A stretch of DNA of 64,000 nt from Phycisphaerae bacterium (GTDB lineage Bacteria > Planctomycetota > Phycisphaerae > UBA1845): the NCBI GenBank assembly GCA_963666835.2, contig CAXXGO010000006.1, positions 640,001 through 704,000 of the forward strand, read 5' to 3'. The position numbers and the translations under genes are program-made. Numbering within the stretch: the first letter of the stretch is position 1; each line of letters opens with the position of its first letter. The notes beneath the pieces are model-generated. The model had not been told where the DNA came from and did not search any database. It saw only the letters and a program-made list of their open reading frames with translations. Shown here one piece after another: positions 31,106 through 39,999 of the stretch.

Positions 31106-32347
31106 ATGCCTCAGATCGCACCGTTTCCCGCCATTCGTTTTGACCACACCCGTACCAACGGTGATCTGTCCGCCCTGCTGGCTCCACCATACGACGTTCT
31201 GAACCAAAAGGACAAGGACGAACTGCTCGGCAAGAGCGGGCACAACATCGTGGCCATCGACCTGCCCCACATCCCGCCAAAGACCCTGGGCCCGCCCGCC
31301 GCGTACGAGAAATCCGCCGCCCTGCTGGCCGAGTGGCTCGAAGGCGGAACACTAACCCGCGAACAGAAGCCCGCCTTGTATCTGTATCACCAGGTGTTCA
31401 AACACGAAGGCCAAACGTACACGCGGCGGAAGTTCATCGCCCGGGTCCGCCTGCACCCGTTCTCCGACGGTGTCGTGCTCCCCCACGAGCAGACCTTCGG
31501 CGGTCCGAAGGAAGACCGCTTGGCCTTGATGAAGACGACCAAGTGCAATCTGTCTCCGGTGTTCGGGCTTTACTCAGACCCCGCTGACGAGATTGGGAAG
31601 GCGTTCGCCGCCTCGGCCGAGCACGCTCCGGACATTACCGGCAACCTCGATGGTATCGAAAACCGCATGTGGATTGTCACGGACGAAGCGGTCATCAGCC
31701 AAGTGGTCGCAGCCATGGCCGACAAGAAGCTGTTCATTGCCGATGGTCATCATCGCTACGGTACGGCCCTCAACTATCGCGACTGGTATACCGAGCAGCA
31801 GGGCGGCATTTTGCCCACAGACCACCCGGCGAACTTCGTTATGCTGGTTCTGGCGAGTATGGACGATCCCGGCTGCCTGATTCTGCCGTACAACCGGGCT
31901 CTCGCCGGGATTGATCTGGATACGGTGCTGGACGCCTGGAGCGCCGGCACCGAGGCGTGCCCGGTAGGGGAAGCTGATATCGTGTTGTATGAAGGCTCAA
32001 CCGGCAAGGAGTCTCCGCTGCGTTTTGCGAAACGTGACATTCTTCCGTCACTCGAAGCCGACAAGTGCCGGCCGTGGTACGATCTCGATGCCGCGTATTT
32101 GCATCGATATCTTCTGGATGAGCTGTTACAGAAGGAGCTTGGTGCCGAGCCGAAGATCCGGTACGTCAAGTCGGCCGAGGACGCCCGGCAGACCGCGCGT
32201 GATGAACTGGGAGTCGCACTGTTGGTAAAGGCCACTCCGATGGCACACTTGCAGGCGGTGAGCGAGGCGGGCGGCCTGATGCCGCAAAAGAGCACCTATT
32301 TCTACCCGAAACTGGCGACCGGCTTGACGATCAACCCGCTTACGTAG
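31106..32347 (+). CDS. DUF1015 family protein
   Basis: APPYDV, PHEQT, KEDRL, IADGHHRY, MPQKSTYFYPKL. Confidence 0.92.
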   Translation: MPQIAPFPAIRFDHTRTNGDLSALLAPPYDVLNQKDKDELLGKSGHNIVAIDLPHIPPKTLGPPAAYEKSAALLAEWLEGGTLTREQKPALYLYHQVFKHEGQTYTRRKFIARVRLHPFSDGVVLPHEQTFGGPKEDRLALMKTTKCNLSPVFGLYSDPADEIGKAFAASAEHAPDITGNLDGIENRMWIVTDEAVISQVVAAMADKKLFIADGHHRYGTALNYRDWYTEQQGGILPTDHPANFVMLVLASMDDPGCLILPYNRALAGIDLDTVLDAWSAGTEACPVGEADIVLYEGSTGKESPLRFAKRDILPSLEADKCRPWYDLDAAYLHRYLLDELLQKELGAEPKIRYVKSAEDARQTARDELGVALLVKATPMAHLQAVSEAGGLMPQKSTYFYPKLATGLTINPLT

Positions 32348-32374
32348 AGCGGCCGCCGGAGTTGCGAGCAAGTT

Positions 32375-32713
32375 ATGAAGAAGGTGTTCAGAACGATGGA
32401 CCCCGGAGAGATGGGGATCGTCCAGACTCTAATGGCGGAAGAGGGAATCGAAACCGTAATCCTCAACGAAGCGATCAGCACGGTCATGCCCGAAGTGCCC
32501 TTCCTGTCGGCGAAGCCCGAGCTTTGGGTCATAAACGACGCCGATGAAGATCGCGCCAAAGTGGTTGTAGAGCGGTATCAGTCCGGAGCGGTGCAGGCGG
32601 AACTCGAAGACGAGCCGTGGATATGCCCCACCTGCGGAGAGCAAATCGAAGGGCAATTCTCCGAGTGCTGGAACTGCGCGGACGGTGCCGCGGAGCAGGA
32701 ATCCGAACCCTGA
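32375..32713 (+). CDS. DUF2007-like signal protein with C-terminal zinc ribbon
   Basis: EEGIETVILNE, PELWV, WICPTCGE...CWNC. Confidence 0.8.
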   Translation: MKKVFRTMDPGEMGIVQTLMAEEGIETVILNEAISTVMPEVPFLSAKPELWVINDADEDRAKVVVERYQSGAVQAELEDEPWICPTCGEQIEGQFSECWNCADGAAEQESEP

Positions 32714-32744
32714 CCGCCGGCGCTGATCATCCCACGCCGTTGCG

Positions 32745-32978
32745 GCGGATCGCTCACGCTTACCGTACTGATGGCAGGTCTCGTGCCTCGACCATGCCCT
32801 ACGAGGGTGGCATGGGTCAACTTGTTGACCCGTGAGGCGTGACGCGTTCCGCAGGGCGGATCCTACTGCCGGTTACAGTATCAACATGGGAGGCGACGAA
32901 TCACCGCGTATCGGTCAAGGGCGGATCGCTCACGCTTACCGTACTGATGGCAGGTCTCGTGCCTCGACCATGCCCTAC
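32745..32978. repeat. Duplicated about 58-bp unit containing family A REP, with a family C REP between the copies
   Basis: GCGGATCGCTCACGCTTACCGTACTGATGGCAGGTCTCGTGCCTCGACCATGCCCTAC at about 32745 and 32921. Confidence 0.85.
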
Positions 32979-32997
32979 TGCATTCCGCGCGGCGTTG

Positions 32998-33351
32998 TTA
33001 CATGCTCAATCGGATCTTAGTGCCTTCAGCCGTGTGCTCGCTGAGCACAACAGAGAACTCGTCATGGTAGTCCAAGTTGCCCAGGTGAATCCGTAGATCC
33101 ACCCGCTGGCCGGGCACGACATGTGTCTTGTTAGATGCCACGATCCCGACGCCGCCGTACCCGATGTCCACACACGTGGCCGTGTCCTCGACGCCGTCCG
33201 CGGTAATGGTGGCCGGCAGATGCCGAGCGAAGCGGTGGCAGCGCCGATGTTCGGGGCCAATGTCGCCGTGCGGAATGGGCGTCTCGAGTCCCGGGCAGAT
33301 GAGGTCTCGAATCGGTCGCTCCATCACGGGTTCGGGCTTCGGTGTGGACAT
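32998..33351 (-). CDS. Stand-alone PilZ domain protein
   Basis: RRCHRF (RxxxR) and DIGYGG (DxxxxG) c-di-GMP motifs. Confidence 0.75.
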   Translation of the reverse strand: MSTPKPEPVMERPIRDLICPGLETPIPHGDIGPEHRRCHRFARHLPATITADGVEDTATCVDIGYGGVGIVASNKTHVVPGQRVDLRIHLGNLDYHDEFSVVLSEHTAEGTKIRLSM

Positions 33352-33446
33352 GCTCTTGGTCCTTTCGCCGGGCAAAGACAGGTGGTAATTCGACTTCTTA
33401 ACCCTCTTATCGGCTGCCGCCCGGCTGAGTTTTTGCGAGAGCATGC

Positions 33447-33537
33447 GGGTGCCCCCATACCTGGCGGGTGCCCCATCCATCCAGGCGTTCGCTGGGCTGG
33501 TGCGGCCGCACGGGTTCGCCGCCGGGATGGGTGGGGG
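33447..33537 (+). repeat. GGGTGCCCCATCC...GGGTGGGGG hairpin repeat (intron target, left arm)
   Basis: Same arm precedes intron copies 2 and 3; an inverted partner lies at about 35505-35607. Confidence 0.8.
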
Positions 33538-35464
33538 GAAAGCGCCGGTAAGCCGGTGAGGAGTAGTGGATGAGAGAGCCATACGGTGAAGGAATAGCGA
33601 ACCACACCGACCCCGAGTCATACTGTGGTGTCCGCAAGGGCATGGCGGGAGCGTTGACAGGGGCACGTGCGGGCCGGCCATTGAGCCGTGAAAGCCTTTT
33701 ACTCCGGAGTGCCGACGCCGTCCCCCAAGGCGGAAGGCAACACCGGAGGGCGTCGTTAACGCGAGACGCCTTTCGGACTCCGCGCGGTCTTAGAACCCGA
33801 GCACGCACGGAAACTCCTCACGCGGAACCCGGGAGATCCCGCGTTCGGCCTCGAACATGGCATCGAGGTCCGCAGTGTGAATCCATAGGAGCACGACACT
33901 GATGCACGGGCGCGGGAAGTCGGACAGGCCCATAGTACCGAAGAAGACTGCGAACAACGGTGATCCCCCGGCGGGGAGGTCGTCCGCGGAGCAGTTGGAG
34001 GAAAGGGGCCTGGCCAAGGGCAACTCGATTCGACACGACAGGCACCGTACGCAGAGCCGGGATCGTCTGCAAAGCGGGTTGGATCGGGTACGACAGGCAG
34101 CGGTAAAGGATAAGGATTTACAGTTCACCACGCTTTGGCACCACGTCTATGATGTCGCTCGCCTCCGGGAGGCGTACTTGAGCCTCAAGCATGCTTCGGC
34201 ACCGGGGATGGACGGCATGACATGGGAGGCGTACGGCAGGGACCTAGAAGAACACCTCTTGGATCTGTCGGCACGTCTACAGCGCGGAGCGTACCGAGCG
34301 AGGCCGGTCAAGCGGGTCTACATTCCGAAACCCGATGGACGGCAGAGACCAATAGGGATTCCCGTGTTGGAAGACAAGATCGTCCAACGGGCGATGACCG
34401 ATGTGCTCTCGGCTGTCTACGAGGCAGACTTCCTCGGGTTCTCCTACGGATTTCGACCAGGACGGGACGCCCATCAGGCGTTAAGTGCCCTGACTGTCGG
34501 CATCGAGAGGAAGAAGGTGAATTGGGTGCTGGATGCAGACATTCGTGGATTCTTCGATGCCATAGACCACGATTGGCTGATCAAGTTCGTCGAGCACCGG
34601 ATCGCAGACCAGCGTGTCGTGCGTCACGTGAAGAAGTGGCTGAACGCCGGCGTGCTGGAGGACGGGTGTCGAAGGGACACGGAGACGGGGACGCCGCAGG
34701 GGGGCAGTATCAGCCCGCTATTGGCGAACATCTATCTCCATTACGCCTTCGACTTGTGGGCCCGCCAATGGCGACGGACGCAAGCTCACGGAGATGTGAT
34801 TATCGTGAGATATGCGGACGACTTCGTGGTGGGATTTCAACAGCGAGAGGATGCCGAGCGGTTTCGGGATGAGCTGACGGATCGCCTCCGGAAGTTCAAG
34901 CTGGAGCTACATGCGGACAAGACTCGTCTGATTGAGTTCGGCCGTTTTGCGTCGACCAATCGCAAGCGAGAAGGCCGCGGCAAACCGGCGACCTTCGAGT
35001 TTCTGGGTTTTCGCCACATCTGTGGCAAGACCCGGCGTGGGAGGTTCACGGTACTACGGCAGACTGTCGCGAAACGACGGCGTGCGAAGCTCAAAGCGAT
35101 TAAGCAAGAGCTTCGGCGACGTATGCATGCCCCCGTCCGAGAGGTGGGCGCGTATTTGCGGGCGGTGGTTCGCGGGTACTATCAGTATTATGCGGTACCG
35201 CGGAACTACCCGGCCTTAACGGCATTTCGGGATGAGGTTGTCCGTCTTTGGCGCTGGACGCTCCGGCGTCGCAGCGAGAAGACTCGGATTACCTGGGCCC
35301 GCATGAACCGTTTGGCCAAGCAGTGGATACCTGCTCCCAAAATCCTACATCCTTACCCCGACCGACACCTGGCCGTTATGACCCAAGGCAGGAGCCCAGT
35401 GCGGTAGTCCCGCACGCTGGGATCTGTGGAGGGGGTCCCGGGTAACCGGGATTCCTACTCCGAC
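33538..35464 (+). mobile_element. Group II intron, copy 1 (1927 bp; 5' boundary uncertain by a few nt)
   Basis: Domain V GAGCCCAGTGCG...CGCACGCTGGGATC, domain VI with bulged A, ends ...CTCCGAC; near-identical to the other two copies. Confidence 0.92.
33902..35407 (+). CDS. ltrA: Group II intron reverse transcriptase/maturase, no endonuclease domain
   Basis: APGMDG, IPKPDGRQRPIGIP, SYGFRPGR, GTPQGG, YADD, FEFLGF, X domain; no HNH. Confidence 0.95.
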   Translation: MHGRGKSDRPIVPKKTANNGDPPAGRSSAEQLEERGLAKGNSIRHDRHRTQSRDRLQSGLDRVRQAAVKDKDLQFTTLWHHVYDVARLREAYLSLKHASAPGMDGMTWEAYGRDLEEHLLDLSARLQRGAYRARPVKRVYIPKPDGRQRPIGIPVLEDKIVQRAMTDVLSAVYEADFLGFSYGFRPGRDAHQALSALTVGIERKKVNWVLDADIRGFFDAIDHDWLIKFVEHRIADQRVVRHVKKWLNAGVLEDGCRRDTETGTPQGGSISPLLANIYLHYAFDLWARQWRRTQAHGDVIIVRYADDFVVGFQQREDAERFRDELTDRLRKFKLELHADKTRLIEFGRFASTNRKREGRGKPATFEFLGFRHICGKTRRGRFTVLRQTVAKRRRAKLKAIKQELRRRMHAPVREVGAYLRAVVRGYYQYYAVPRNYPALTAFRDEVVRLWRWTLRRRSEKTRITWARMNRLAKQWIPAPKILHPYPDRHLAVMTQGRSPVR

Positions 35465-35654
35465 ACGGATACGAACTAGGGAGAATCCCGCATTCCGAAA
35501 TCGGTCCCCCACCCTTCGCCTGTGGCGTAGTGCGTACGCCGCAATCGCACCTGTATACGGGGCTCTTCGTCCATTGCGATATGACCCGGGGCGAAGGATG
35601 GGGCACCGACCTGCGGGTAAACCCGGGTCTCGGTGCCGGGAACGGTGGATCGGC

Positions 35655-36614
35655 TCAGCCTCTGTCCAAGGCAACAACACGTTCGGCGATGCCGCGGATA
35701 TGACGGTCGTCGGTCCCGCAGCAGCCGCCGAGAACTCGCAAGCCAAACCTGTCGCAGACATCCATCATAAGCTCCGCGAACGCCTCCGGAGTCTCAGACA
35801 GGTCCAGTTCGGCACTTTCATCCAACTCCGCCGGGTCCAATCGCGAGGCGTTTCCCTGTAGGCCTATCACCCGCGAACAGAGCCCGGCCGCAGCTTTCGT
35901 CTCCGCTTCGAGCGCCGCGGCGAAACCAGACGGGTGAACGCAATTGACCAGGTACGCCAGCGGCCGGGGCGAGGTTTCCGCGTCGATGCGGTGCACCGCC
36001 TCGTGCAGCGGAGTCCCGTCGAGCACGGTTCCGGTCGGACGGATAACAAAGCTCAGCAGGAAGGGAACGCTGCATTCGGCCGCAGCTCGAGTGATACCCA
36101 ACGCCTCACTCACGGCCGGGATTGTGGCGGCCATGAGAAAATCCGCGCCGGCATCGGCAAGGGCACGCAATTGCGAGCGATGGAACTCGGCCGCGTCCTT
36201 CGACGATAACGCCTGCTCCGGGTCGTAGGCATCGCCGCGGCACCCGGTCAATCCGCCGATGAGAACCTGTGAAGCGTAGTCACCAAGGTCCTTGCGAATT
36301 CCGGCAAGGAACCGGACGGCGTCCCCGTTCACATCCGGATGGTCCTCCAGACCGGCGGCGTGCAGACGCTCCGGATTGGCCCGCCAGGTGGGCGTGCCGA
36401 CTACCATGGGGAGCCCGCACGCTTTGCCGATTTCGAAGTACTGCCGGTAGATTCGCGCGACGGCCGCCCACCCGTCGGGCTGATAGATCAGCCCCGCGTG
36501 GAGCACGTGCGGATCAAGCGTGACCGTGGGATCCCGGCGGAGGCGTTCGATCACCGCCCCTTCGGTCAGCACCACCTGGGAACCGCGGATCACCCCATCA
36601 AGTGACATAGTCAT
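35655..36614 (-). CDS. Homocysteine S-methyltransferase family protein
   Basis: TPTWRAN, GDAY, VNCVHP, GGCCGT Zn ligands. Confidence 0.88.
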   Translation of the reverse strand: MTMSLDGVIRGSQVVLTEGAVIERLRRDPTVTLDPHVLHAGLIYQPDGWAAVARIYRQYFEIGKACGLPMVVGTPTWRANPERLHAAGLEDHPDVNGDAVRFLAGIRKDLGDYASQVLIGGLTGCRGDAYDPEQALSSKDAAEFHRSQLRALADAGADFLMAATIPAVSEALGITRAAAECSVPFLLSFVIRPTGTVLDGTPLHEAVHRIDAETSPRPLAYLVNCVHPSGFAAALEAETKAAAGLCSRVIGLQGNASRLDPAELDESAELDLSETPEAFAELMMDVCDRFGLRVLGGCCGTDDRHIRGIAERVVALDRG

Positions 36615-36893
36615 GACATAACCGCTACCGGGCGGCGCCATGGTAACATGGCGCGCTTCCACGCCAGGGACGAGCCCCGGCGCTACATTGGCCGGGTGGC
36701 CCCCGTCCTTTTGTCTTTGCCGTGCGGTCCGAGCCTTTGCGGGCTGTTCAATGGCACTCCCGCTGGACGTGGGGGAGGCGATGATCAGCGGTCGACATTT
36801 TGCGGCAGGTCTCGTACGTCGACCATGCCCTACGAACACTTAACCGCACGTACGTCGGTGCGCAGATTGGTCCGCGGAGCAGACCCTATCGGG

Positions 36894-39800
36894 CTACGCC
36901 GTAACTTCGCACGATGTTCCGGCGGCCTGTTCTTTCGGGCTCGAGGCGGCTTTCACCAATCGCACCCGGGTGTTACCCGGCGCGTGATACTCCAGATAGC
37001 GGCCCAGAGACCGAACCGCCTGATCAGCCGAACGGAAGACCGGTACCCCGCCCGCCCGGATGGCGTTCGCCATGGCGTCGTAAGGCTGCCCGGCATCGAT
37101 AACGGCCACCAACGGCTTCGACGACTCTGCCAGCAGCTTCGGCAGCAGCGTGGTCAGGCCCGGAGACTTCTCCAGCTCCGCGGCCGTGGTCGCCAGTTGC
37201 GGTGTCAATGGTACGGCACCAACGATCACGGCATCGATTTCGGCATCTTCCATCATCGCCCGGGCGCAAGCTTCGAACACCCGCTCCCCGGCCATCGGGG
37301 TAAGGTCGAGCGGGTTCCGCACGTTCACCAGCGAGTCGATCTTGGCCTCAGCGAGGCTCTTGCCGATGCTCTGCGCGGTTTTCTCCGACAGATCCGGCAT
37401 TTCGACCTGATATCGGGCTCCCTGGATCGAATCGGCCATGCCGACCGTTTCAAACCCGGCGTTGCTGATCGCCGCGATCCGCGAACCGGCGACCTTCTTC
37501 CCGTGCAGAGCCGTACCCAACTCAATGAGCTGTTCAAACTCGCGGAAAGTGTCGGCTACGATCGCCCCGGCGTTGGAGACGGCAGCCTGGCACACATCGT
37601 AGTCCCCGGCAACGGAAGCCGTGTGCCCGGCCGTGGCCGCCCGACCCGGCGCGGTCCGCCCGGCCTTGTAGAAGACCACGGTCTTACCGGCGGCGGTAAT
37701 CTCACGTACCGCCCGCGTGAACTCGAGCCCGTCGAGATCGTTGAAGCCCTCTACGTAAACACCGAGGCAGTCGATGTCGCGGCGCTGTCCGACGTTTCGC
37801 ACCAGGTCGGACATGGTCAGGTCGATCTGGTTCCCGGCGGATACCGCCACCGCCGGATCCAGCGATTCGACGTTGCTCATCCGCGTTATGATGAAGGCTC
37901 CACTTTGGGAAACCAGAGCCACGCGCCGCGGCGGTACGTTACGCCGCGGATCGAGCTTGTTGTCCGGAATGAAGAACGTGTCGTAGCTGCCCGGGCGCGA
38001 TCGGATACCCATGGAGTTGGGCCCGAGGAACACCGGCCCGCCGTCCGCTCGTTCCCGCGAGTCCTGGATCACCTTGCGGATCTCCGCTTCGATTGCGCCG
38101 GAGCCTTCGGTTTCCCCTAATCCGCCCGGGATGAGAATAGCGGTGGTTACCTTCTTGCTGTCAATAACGGACTCGATCATCTCGGGCATCTTGTCCGACG
38201 CGGCCGCGATCACCAGCAGGTCGACCGTCTCCGGAAGAGCGGACACGTCCGCCACACAGCGGACCCCGTCGATCTCCTCGATCCCTTCCTTGATTGCGTA
38301 AACGTGATCGACCGGGAACCCGCACGCTCGCACATTTGCCAGAATGATCCGGCCGAAGTTCACCCGCTTGGCCGAGACGCCTATTACCGCAATCGACTTC
38401 GGCTCGAGCATATTCCGGATCTTCGCAACCGGACGGGCGACCGGAGCTTCGCCGATCGGACCCGCCTGCCCGCGCCCGTCGAGCGGAACCAGATGGTTCC
38501 GGACGGTCGCAAACGGGTTCACTTCCAACTCGCGCAGACCCAACTGCTGCGCGTGGCCACCCACACAGAACCGGCGGGCGATTGCCAGGAAGGCGGCAAA
38601 ACAACGAGTCATCTCACTATCGGAGACCGCCCGGGTGCGTCCGCGGGCCTTCGCCGCCAGAACATCGTAAGAGGCGGTCTTTTTGAACAGCTCGAAGAAC
38701 TCCGCCGCCGTAGTATCGGCCGCAAGAGCTTTCGCCACCGCAACGCCCGGCTTCATCTGCCGGGCGAGGTATTCGGTATCGACCCCGCCGAGCCCGGCCG
38801 CAATGATCGGGCCGAACTCACGCGTGGCTCTGATACCGACGAACAGCTCGCCGCCGAATCCGGGATTGGACTGTTTGACGAACTCGACCATCAACACCCC
38901 GGCCACCTTCTTATCGCCTTGCCGGGCAATAAGGTCGGCGACCTCGCGGTTAACCGTATCGGCGTCCTTGGATACGAACAGAACCGCCCCGGCCTCGGTC
39001 TTGTGGACGACCTCTTCGGAGACCAGCTTGAGCACCACCTTATCACCGGGAAACGCCTGCAGATGTTCGGCGGAGACGGTCTCGCCTTTGGCAATGAAAC
39101 GGTGCTTGGGAGGCGTCGCAGCCCCGGCGACCTCGAGCAGGTGATAGACCTCGTGCTCGTACAACTGCCCGCGGTTCTCTAACTGGAGTTTCCCGATAAT
39201 CCGCGCAATGGACTCTTCCGCCTCGGGAGTAAGATCCGCTTGTTCTGCCGGCGGCTGCTCGCCGACCGACAGAAGCGCGGCACCGTCACCCTCGAGCTGC
39301 TCGGGGGTCAGCGCAGCGATGGACTTCAGAACGTCTGGTGACGACAGCCCCTGTTCGAGCCCCTTTCGATAAGTCGTCGCTGCGGTTCGACCGATCCGGC
39401 AGGCCCGCTGGTTCACCGCGACGACCGCTTCGCCCTTGCGGCCGAACATCTTGGCCAAAGCGGCGTTGAGTTCGCTGAGATCCTGTCCCAACAGCTCCGA
39501 AGCGGCTCCCAGCATGATGGTGTTGACCGCTCGCGCGTTACCCGCCGCCTTGGCAAGTTCAGCCGCGTCGATAAGCACGTGGTTGGGGAACCCGCTGATC
39601 CGGTCGAGGATACTCTCGGCGGTAGGGTAGTTGGGGATATTCACGAACGGCGCCGTACTCGCCACGATCCACCCGGTCTTCTTCAGGTATTGGACGTACC
39701 GCAGAGCCTCGAGCGGCTCAATAGCAAGCACCAGATCCGCCCCGCCGAACGGGATGAGATCACTGTGCAGCTCGTGGTCGGCAAAGCGAAGGTGAGATTG

Positions 39801-39944
39801 CACGTCCCCTCCGCGCTGCGACATCCCGTGTACTTCGGCCTGTTTCACGTGCCAGTTGCGCTCAATCGCAGCAAGGGAGATAGCCTGCGCGATAGTAAGG
39901 ATCCCCTGTCCGCCAACCCCGGCGAGAATTACATTGCATTCCAT
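36894..39944 (-). CDS. Fusion of indolepyruvate:ferredoxin oxidoreductase beta subunit with ADP-forming acyl-CoA synthetase (ATP-grasp, CoA-binding and ligase domains)
   Basis: AGVGGQG and EVHGMSQRGG (IorB); VHKTEAG and ELEVNP (ATP-grasp); IAVIGVS, GPNSMG, SQSGA, AGHTAS, NPLDLT. Confidence 0.88.
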   Translation of the reverse strand: MECNVILAGVGGQGILTIAQAISLAAIERNWHVKQAEVHGMSQRGGDVQSHLRFADHELHSDLIPFGGADLVLAIEPLEALRYVQYLKKTGWIVASTAPFVNIPNYPTAESILDRISGFPNHVLIDAAELAKAAGNARAVNTIMLGAASELLGQDLSELNAALAKMFGRKGEAVVAVNQRACRIGRTAATTYRKGLEQGLSSPDVLKSIAALTPEQLEGDGAALLSVGEQPPAEQADLTPEAEESIARIIGKLQLENRGQLYEHEVYHLLEVAGAATPPKHRFIAKGETVSAEHLQAFPGDKVVLKLVSEEVVHKTEAGAVLFVSKDADTVNREVADLIARQGDKKVAGVLMVEFVKQSNPGFGGELFVGIRATREFGPIIAAGLGGVDTEYLARQMKPGVAVAKALAADTTAAEFFELFKKTASYDVLAAKARGRTRAVSDSEMTRCFAAFLAIARRFCVGGHAQQLGLRELEVNPFATVRNHLVPLDGRGQAGPIGEAPVARPVAKIRNMLEPKSIAVIGVSAKRVNFGRIILANVRACGFPVDHVYAIKEGIEEIDGVRCVADVSALPETVDLLVIAAASDKMPEMIESVIDSKKVTTAILIPGGLGETEGSGAIEAEIRKVIQDSRERADGGPVFLGPNSMGIRSRPGSYDTFFIPDNKLDPRRNVPPRRVALVSQSGAFIITRMSNVESLDPAVAVSAGNQIDLTMSDLVRNVGQRRDIDCLGVYVEGFNDLDGLEFTRAVREITAAGKTVVFYKAGRTAPGRAATAGHTASVAGDYDVCQAAVSNAGAIVADTFREFEQLIELGTALHGKKVAGSRIAAISNAGFETVGMADSIQGARYQVEMPDLSEKTAQSIGKSLAEAKIDSLVNVRNPLDLTPMAGERVFEACARAMMEDAEIDAVIVGAVPLTPQLATTAAELEKSPGLTTLLPKLLAESSKPLVAVIDAGQPYDAMANAIRAGGVPVFRSADQAVRSLGRYLEYHAPGNTRVRLVKAASSPKEQAAGTSCEVTA

Positions 39945-39999
39945 CAGATTGACCTCAATCGTTAGCTCGCGGGCCCCCAGATGCGCCCGGTTGTTCTCA

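Noticed and set aside
33570..33902. 110-aa ORF MREPYGEG... (also at 46680 and 56251)
   Set aside because: It overlaps intron domain I ribozyme sequence and is most likely a spurious ORF
33902..35407. RT as a retron, DGR or defence RT
   Set aside because: It is embedded in clear group II domain V/VI RNA, has the maturase X domain, and has no TR/VR pair or effector gene
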